Of a stretch of 64,000 nt of DNA, positions 56,477 through 64,000 are shown one piece after another; within the stretch, counting starts at the first letter, position 1; each line of letters opens with the position of its first letter. The notes below the pieces were generated by a model. It did no database searches. It saw only the letters and a list, made by a program, of their open reading frames with translations, and was not told the origin of the DNA. The translations under genes were made by a program, and so were the position numbers. This stretch comes from Chrysomallon squamiferum (Eukaryota; Animalia; Mollusca), in contig CM022679.1 in the NCBI GenBank assembly GCA_012295275.1, positions 682,001 to 746,000 on the forward strand, given 5' to 3'.

Positions 56477-57416
56477 AATATATATATAAACATAAATACA
56501 TACAATATCATATAAAAATATCGGTAAAATGTGAAAGAAAGAAAGACAAAATTTAAAATTAAGTAAATGAATAATTTTAAGAAAAGAATGAATGAAAAAA
56601 GAAAAAGATGAGACTAGAGATAAAGAAAGAAAAAAGTAACGGAGATGAGGACGAAATGAAATATTTTGATGTTAACGGTTGTTTGGAGATGTTTGTACTT
56701 TATTTCTGTTAGTTAAGATCATACAAATAAAATAAACAAAAAATAAAAGGAAAGAGCTACTGAATAACTGAAAATATAGATTAAGGAAAGAAAAGAAGAA
56801 TGACTGAATAAATGAGTGAACGAATTACTGAGAGAGAAGAATACAAATAAAGATACTAACTGGTTTGGAAGGACGAGGTTAAATGAAACAGATAAAAAAT
56901 TATGTGAATTTGACTGAACTAAGAATAATTGGTCTTCAGAAAATCACGCGTGGGTGTGAATTATAGAATGGAAATAATTCCCTGCTCGCATCAGCCTTAG
57001 TTTAACAGCAGCGTCAATTTACTGCGACAACATTCAACAGTAACGTCAAATTACTGCAACAACGTTTAGTGTCATCTTTTGCAATCTACAAAATTTGACT
57101 CCAGTTACAAGACGAAAGGAAGAAAACAAAAGTATCTAATTTAAACTGAAGACAATAAAAGTAAAATAAACTGACTTTCTTTTAGCTACCAAAAACAGAA
57201 AAAGTTAAAAATAAAACGTATGCTTTTAAAAATTAATAATAATAAAATAGTTTTTTTTTCTACTAATTAAAAAATAAATTACTACTAATAATAATATGCA
57301 TCGATTTTTTTTCATTAATATTTATCATTTTCAAAAAGATTAATTTGATTTTTTTCTCGAAGAAAATATTAATGTTCAACTCGACCCACGCATAATCATT
57401 TGATTAATAAATTTTG

Positions 57417-57536
<120 letters not shown>

Positions 57537-59300
57537 TCTCTAAGCATAACTACTAATATAAAATAATAAAATTAATCGCATCGATATTTGAGATCGATAT
57601 TTGAGATCGAAAAACTATGTCAGGGGCAAATCAAGAAATTGGGTCTTGTTTGTGAGTTTAATAATTTACTGACATAATCGATCGGAATATTGGAAACAAC
57701 GAAAATACGTGGTATTACAATCAAAACTGATAATCGTCCGATTCTATTTTGGTTTCTTTTCTTTTTACGTGTAAGATATACACACAGTTCTATTGACACA
57801 GATAAACAACTAGATGCCTATTTCCGAGGATTTCTCGCAAACACTATTTAACACACGAACTGACAAAATAAACTGTTTACTACATTTGACTCATTCGGGA
57901 AATAAAATTCCAAAATAAATGCTGGAATAAGAATTAATTTGATTTTGTTAGGAAGTTTGTTGTTTCAAGAGCTACAATTCAAAGTTACTGTTTATGAGAA
58001 GGTGCAGAGAAAAGATCCCTTTCTGCTAACTGTCAAAAGTAAATCATGTGATTAACTTAGTGAGTTTCCTTCCTTGTGGACAGTTACTATCAAATAACTC
58101 GATAAAAACTGAACGCCTTTGAAATGTTGAAATACACGCGCGCATACACACAAACACAAACACACAAACTCTCTCACACACACGAATTATTTAAATATTC
58201 AGGTGATGGACATTAAACGAGTAGTTGGATGGCTGGCCTGATACATGACGTCACAATCCTATATCATTCTACTACTACTGCTACACCCCTACTACTACTG
58301 CTACTTCTACTACTACTATTACTATTACTACTACTGCTACTACTACTATAACTGCTACTAATACTACTGCTACAACTCTACTACTACTGCTACTACTACT
58401 ATAACTACTACTAATACTATTACTACTGCTACTACTACTATAACTACTACTACTACTACTACTACCACCATTATTCCACTATTATTACTACTAATACTAC
58501 AGTTTTAGAAATCTGTTCATCGTTCTGGGTCTAAGTTTAAACATAATTGACACGTGATCTGCCAAAATCCTGCAAACTTTCACAAATTACACGGACGTCA
58601 AACAACACCGGAAGTTGCGCGAGTAGTAATCTCACTGACATTTTTCACGAGCTGCTAACTCTGTCTTCATAAACTAAAGCGCCATCTGGTAAGAATTCAC
58701 TTAATTGGTGTTTACGGTTTGTTTAGTGTTTTAACACGACCCCAATCATCACGCTGCTGATTGTAATACTACAAACTGCAAATGTCGCGGCGGACCTACA
58801 CCTTCAGAAGGGACTGGGTGGGGGTACAGTACAGTAAGACGAAAGTTTGGTAAAAGATTAATTCTGTATAATTACTGTTCAAAAAAAAAAAAAAAAAAAA
58901 AAAATGTGTTTGATAAGAAAAAGAGATATTTAAGTGGTAAAGGCAGCCTCACCTCTCGCAGTTCAGCGCGAGATTTGCGCGTGACTCTGTCGGCAGACGA
59001 TTCTTTGATGTGTTCTTCTGGCCCCTCTGAACGGCTTCAGCTCGCCTGCTGCTGTTTGTCTCAGTCAGCGGTTTGGCGTTCACGCGTTTCTGACGAGTTG
59101 TGAGAAGCAGACACCCAGCTGAGTTTTCAAAACCAAACACTCCAGTTCACAGCAGCGAGTCCACGGGCTTTTTCATCATCATCATCATCATCATCATTTT
59201 CTTTTTCTTCTTCTTGATTTATTATCATCTTTTTATCCCGTTTCTTCTTCTTCTTCTTCTTCCCCTCTGTCTGTCTGTCTGTCTGTCTGTCTGCCTGGTT

Positions 59301-59384
<84 letters not shown>

Positions 59385-59443
59385 GAATAATCATCATACA
59401 TTCATTGAATAATCATCTATATATTCATGTATGTATGTATATA

Positions 59444-59479
<36 letters not shown>

Positions 59480-59929
59480 TGTATGTATGTATGTATGTAT
59501 GTATATATGTTTGTGTGTATGTATGTATGTATATATGTTTGTGTGTATGTATGTATGTACATATGTTTGTGTGTATGTATGTATGTATATATTTATGTAT
59601 ATGTGCGTATGTCGGTCTCTTATTTCAGAATCTCATTACTCAGTATTTTCACTTGCTTTTCTTTCTTTATTTAGCTGTTAATTCTTTTACTCTTAATTAT
59701 CTTGTTTTGCTTACCTCTTCCATTTTCCTTTACGAAATAGTTTCAAGTTAAACCTTACAAAAAAATCCACAAATAGTTTGACGTTGATGATCAAAGCACG
59801 AATCTGGCAGAGCAAACAACGAGAGCCCCGTCTCGTCTTCCGCCAACTAGCGACAACAACCTGACACCGCCTCAAAAGCGTGATAAACTCTGCACGTGTC
59901 ACGCTCACAGCACGAGACAGAACAGTCTG

Positions 59930-60250
59930 TAATTTGTTAAGCTTATTTTAAACTGTTTGTAACGCGTTCAGATTATTTTGAAATGTTTGTAACGTATTGA
60001 GATTATTTTAAACTGTTTGTAACGTGTTGAGATTATTTTAAACTGTTTGTAACGTGTTAAGATTATTTTAAAGTATAACGCTTTAAGATTATTTTAAACT
60101 GTTCATAAATCGTTAAGATTATTTTAAATTGTTTGTAAAGCGTAAAGATTTTTTAAACTGTTGGTGACGCGTTAAGATTATTCTGAAATGTTTGTAATGG
60201 TTAACATTATTCTAAGCTCTTTGTAACTAGTGACGATTATTTTAAACTGT
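59930..60250. repeat. Degenerate 30-bp tandem repeat (AGATTATTTTAAACTGTTTGTAACGTGTTR)n
   Basis: About 10 diverging copies. Confidence 0.85.
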
Positions 60251-61981
60251 AATATAACGAGATTGCTGTAAAGAGTTTGAAAATATCACAGTAGAAAAAA
60301 ATAAAATAAAATAAAAATAAAAATAAGAAAGATATGTGCATTAGATTTGGATTAAACATTTACAATGATAACAAAATAAAAATAAAATATCTTAGAATTG
60401 TTTTAAATATTATTTTTTTGTAACAGTCAGAGAAATGATTTGAAGCTTTTGTAACGGTTACAACAATTATTCCAATCTTTGAACTAGTAAAAATGTTCAG
60501 AAAAGTAAGATATCACTTAAAACTGTCATAAACATTTGTCTGCTTTTTTCTATTATAAGAAAACGTCCTGTGTTTAAGGAGCCGTTATCGGTCGACCCAT
60601 TTATTTACTTACTTATTTATTTATTTATTTATTTATTCTTTTATTTATTTATTTATTTATTTAGTTAGTTATTTAGTTAGTTAGTTAGTTTGTTTGTTAG
60701 TTTGTAGGTTTGTCGGCAGTAAGTATCAAGTCTCTTTTCTTCTGTTTTGTGAGTGGATTTTATCAACGACTCAAAAGTCCAGTGCACGCCTTGGTTTCCA
60801 CAGAAATCTCTCTCAGCAGAAATGTCTGTGTTTTGTTCGTTTGACGGATCAGATTTACAATCACAGATAAATCGAACTCGGCGAGATCTCACCGAGCGAG
60901 AAGAAAACAAAAAGAACAATGATATCAAATGATATTTACATAGTCGATACCACATTCCTGTGAACTGCAGGATGTAGACTGAGGTGTGATGGATTGTGCG
61001 ATCGATTCTCCGCAATGCCCCCACCGAGCTGTTTCTAATCTTCCAATCACAGACTGATTTATCTAAAACCAGAGTTTTTTACTGCGAATCCCTTCATGTT
61101 TCCTGTACGCTATTCTACAAAAATATTTCGCTGAGAATTTAGTAATGGCAAAAAATAAAATTAACGTCGAATTAGATCAACCATTCATTTGTTTCTGCAG
61201 ACATATATTATAACGAATACTGAATAAATACAATTATAGAGAATATCCCATCGTAAAGAAAAGAGTTTTGTCCACAGTATGCGTACTTCAACCTCTCTTT
61301 GGTGAAATAATCCTAAAGGTCGTTTCGTTATATCTAAACATTTACAATTTCCTTTAGATTTTTTATTTTTTTAATAGTAGTGTACGTTTTACTCAGATTA
61401 TCTGTCTGTATCTGTGATCATGTTCACACACACGCACAGACATATATATATATATTTTATTTAGACACACCAACATACACACACACCCACACCCACACAC
61501 CCACAAACGTATAAAACTTCATTAATTGTGTAATTCCATTACTGGGAAGCGAACCTGTAAGCTACAAATCTTGTGCGAGTTGACGTTATTGTGATTTGAG
61601 TGGTGGAAGTTCGGGGTTGGTCGGAGGTTAAGTTAATTAATTAACTAATAAATTTTTCCACTCGGCGAACGATCGCTGATTAGGCGAAATAAAGCCGATA
61701 CTTAGGTGAGCGAGTTACGTGCTTGACGTCATACATCAGTGACCCGCCGAGGTCACCCGACGTGACCCGATCCGGGGGGTTGTTTTCTACCCGGCAATCG
61801 GAAATAATTAATTATTCAAATTCCGTAGTAAAGACGGGTTTACTGCGTATGAAGCCGTACACAGCTTTGTTTTCTTTCGCTCAGATTTTTCTGTTTTGTT
61901 CTCTGGGAGAGTTTGTGGGTGAACGTAGAAGGTTTCTTTCCTTTGTTTGATTCTTAATTCTTTTCTATGAAATTGTTCAGC

Positions 61982-62025
<44 letters not shown>

Positions 62026-62056
62026 TTGTGTATGAATGCGTTTGAATATTCCTCTC

Positions 62057-62097
<41 letters not shown>

Positions 62098-64000
62098 TTT
62101 TTGTTGTTGTTGTTTGTTTTTTTTGGTTTTTTTGTAAATGGTTAATGTATTTTATTTATTTATTTTATTAGTGTGTTCTCTCTCTCTCTCTCTGATTTCA
62201 AGCTTGTATATATATATATATATATATTTAAAACATCTGGTTGCAATAGAAAGTCTAACAGTCGCTAGACAGGCCACGTATTATAAATAATTATGACGTC
62301 ATTTAGCTGAAGATTAAGGTGACGGGTGCGAGTAACTAAATTATTTCTTCTTTTTTTTCCTGCATAACAACGAATTTTTAGCGTCATCTGCATAAATTCT
62401 TTCTTTCTTTCTTTCTTTCTTTCTTCTTCTTCTTCTTCCTCTTCATCTCCTAACCTTTTATCAGAGTATCAAAGGCAGTGTGATATTGCCTGCCCTGCGG
62501 TGAAATATTTTAATAATCTCGCTGTGTAATATTTTTTGAGGGTTTGCACTTCAGTGGCTAAATTACTCGCCGAGGTTTCGATGGGTCGCGAGATCAATTC
62601 TTCTTGTTTCCCATTCCAACCAACGGGAGAAAACAAGAATCTGCTTCCATTTTTCCAATTCACCCATTTAGTTATATAATCATCGAAAAAAAAAAAAAAC
62701 CTGCTGATCAATCAACATAAAATATTATCTTTACACAATGGTTTTTTTAATGTTATTTTTATATTTTTATTTTATTTTATTTTTTTTTTTTTGTGTGTGT
62801 GTGTTTTTCTCCATCTGCTGACCGCTGAAGTTTATCAATGGTAGAAAACATCGCCTGCCTAGAGGCGGGGAGTGTTTTTAATAATGTTATAAGGTGAGAT
62901 TTCTTAATAAGATTTATTTCAGGACTTTGTGTGTGGAAATGATGTCTTTCATGTGGAGTGTTATTACAGGTCGATGGAAGGATGTAGATGTGTTATTAAT
63001 GTGAGTCTACTCTGCGCGCCTCGGCTTTGTGTGCAATTACAGACTGGGAGTAAATACAGATACATGATACACACACGACTGCAGTTCTTTATATTTATAT
63101 TTATATATATATTTTCTCGTTAAAAGAAATGGAAAGCACGTATTGAGAATTCTACTGAGATTTAATTAAGAACAAGCAAATAAAGGAATGAAAGAATGAA
63201 TAGATGGACGGACGGTTGGACAGATTAATAAGCAAATGAATGAATTAATGAAAGAATGAATGAATAAAAATATCTGATTAAAAATATTTTAATATATTTG
63301 AACATTAACAAGTCTTTCTTGATATCAGTCAAAATAAAATAAAAATATATATATATATGTATATATATACGAAAACAAATCTAATACACGCTGTAACATT
63401 TATTGCAATTAATAAAGAGTAAACGATGTTTTAAACAAACGTATCGTTGTCTTTTGTAAGACGATCTTACTACACTGGCTAGAACGTGAATCAGCTGAAG
63501 TGAAGTATTAAGATTTGATCCCTGTCACCTGTGCACCTCAGCAGAAGCGATCAAACTGTTTAGTCTATTTCGAAATCTGTAGAAGTAAGAACAGCAATCG
63601 TAGTAGCAATAGTGTTAGATGTCGTAGTAGTTGTAGTAATTGTAACAGCTGTGTAGTACCTTTAGCAAAAGTAGTTTTATTAATAGTATTGTTGTTGCAG
63701 CAGTAGTAGTAATAGTGTCAGTACTAGTAGAAGTTGTAGTAGTAATGCTTGTTGAAACAGTGGTAGTAATAATACTAATAGCAGCAGGGGCAATTGCAGT
63801 AGTAATAGTAGTAATAGTTGTAGTAGTTGTTGTTGTAAGAGTGGTAGTAGTGATCGACGTTGCTGATGTTACAGTGACAGCGCGGCATCAAGTGTGATGT
63901 TTAGCACACTTGACACAGATATCACACGAAGCTGATGATGATGATGACGTACTCAGACCTCCCGTGACTCAAAGCCGAGTTTTTATTCCGTCTCCGGATC

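Overview
AT-rich, microsatellite-dense animal genomic DNA with spliceosomal GT-AG introns, probably a mollusc/lophotrochozoan (inference). Nearly all ORFs in the supplied track are simple-repeat artefacts; the real genes are spliced and were assembled by hand. I find seven genes. (1) Five paralogous small secreted cysteine-rich protein genes, here called A-E (8.9-34.8 kb), built from phase-1/phase-1 exon modules of about 40-48 aa. (2) A 13-exon SLC6 (neurotransmitter:sodium symporter family) gene on the minus strand (36.3-43.8 kb) with several non-canonical residues in its substrate/ion site. (3) A ~400-aa secreted protein gene F (minus, 45.9-50.4 kb) built from seven copies of an apparently related Cys module. 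The window therefore holds 2-, 3- and 7-module versions of a Cys-rich family I cannot name, with prepro organisation, mosaic paralogues and many amino-acid changes around fixed cysteines. Introns carry large minisatellites, some amplifying regulatory-looking motifs (TACTAAC branch-point/QKI motif, RFX X-box); an intergenic one amplifies an E-box. Also present: tRNA-derived SINE copies, a FLYWCH-bearing DNA transposon relic and a gene-poor 50.5-64 kb region with candidate cis-regulatory motifs. All alignments and counts are by eye; no database searches were run.
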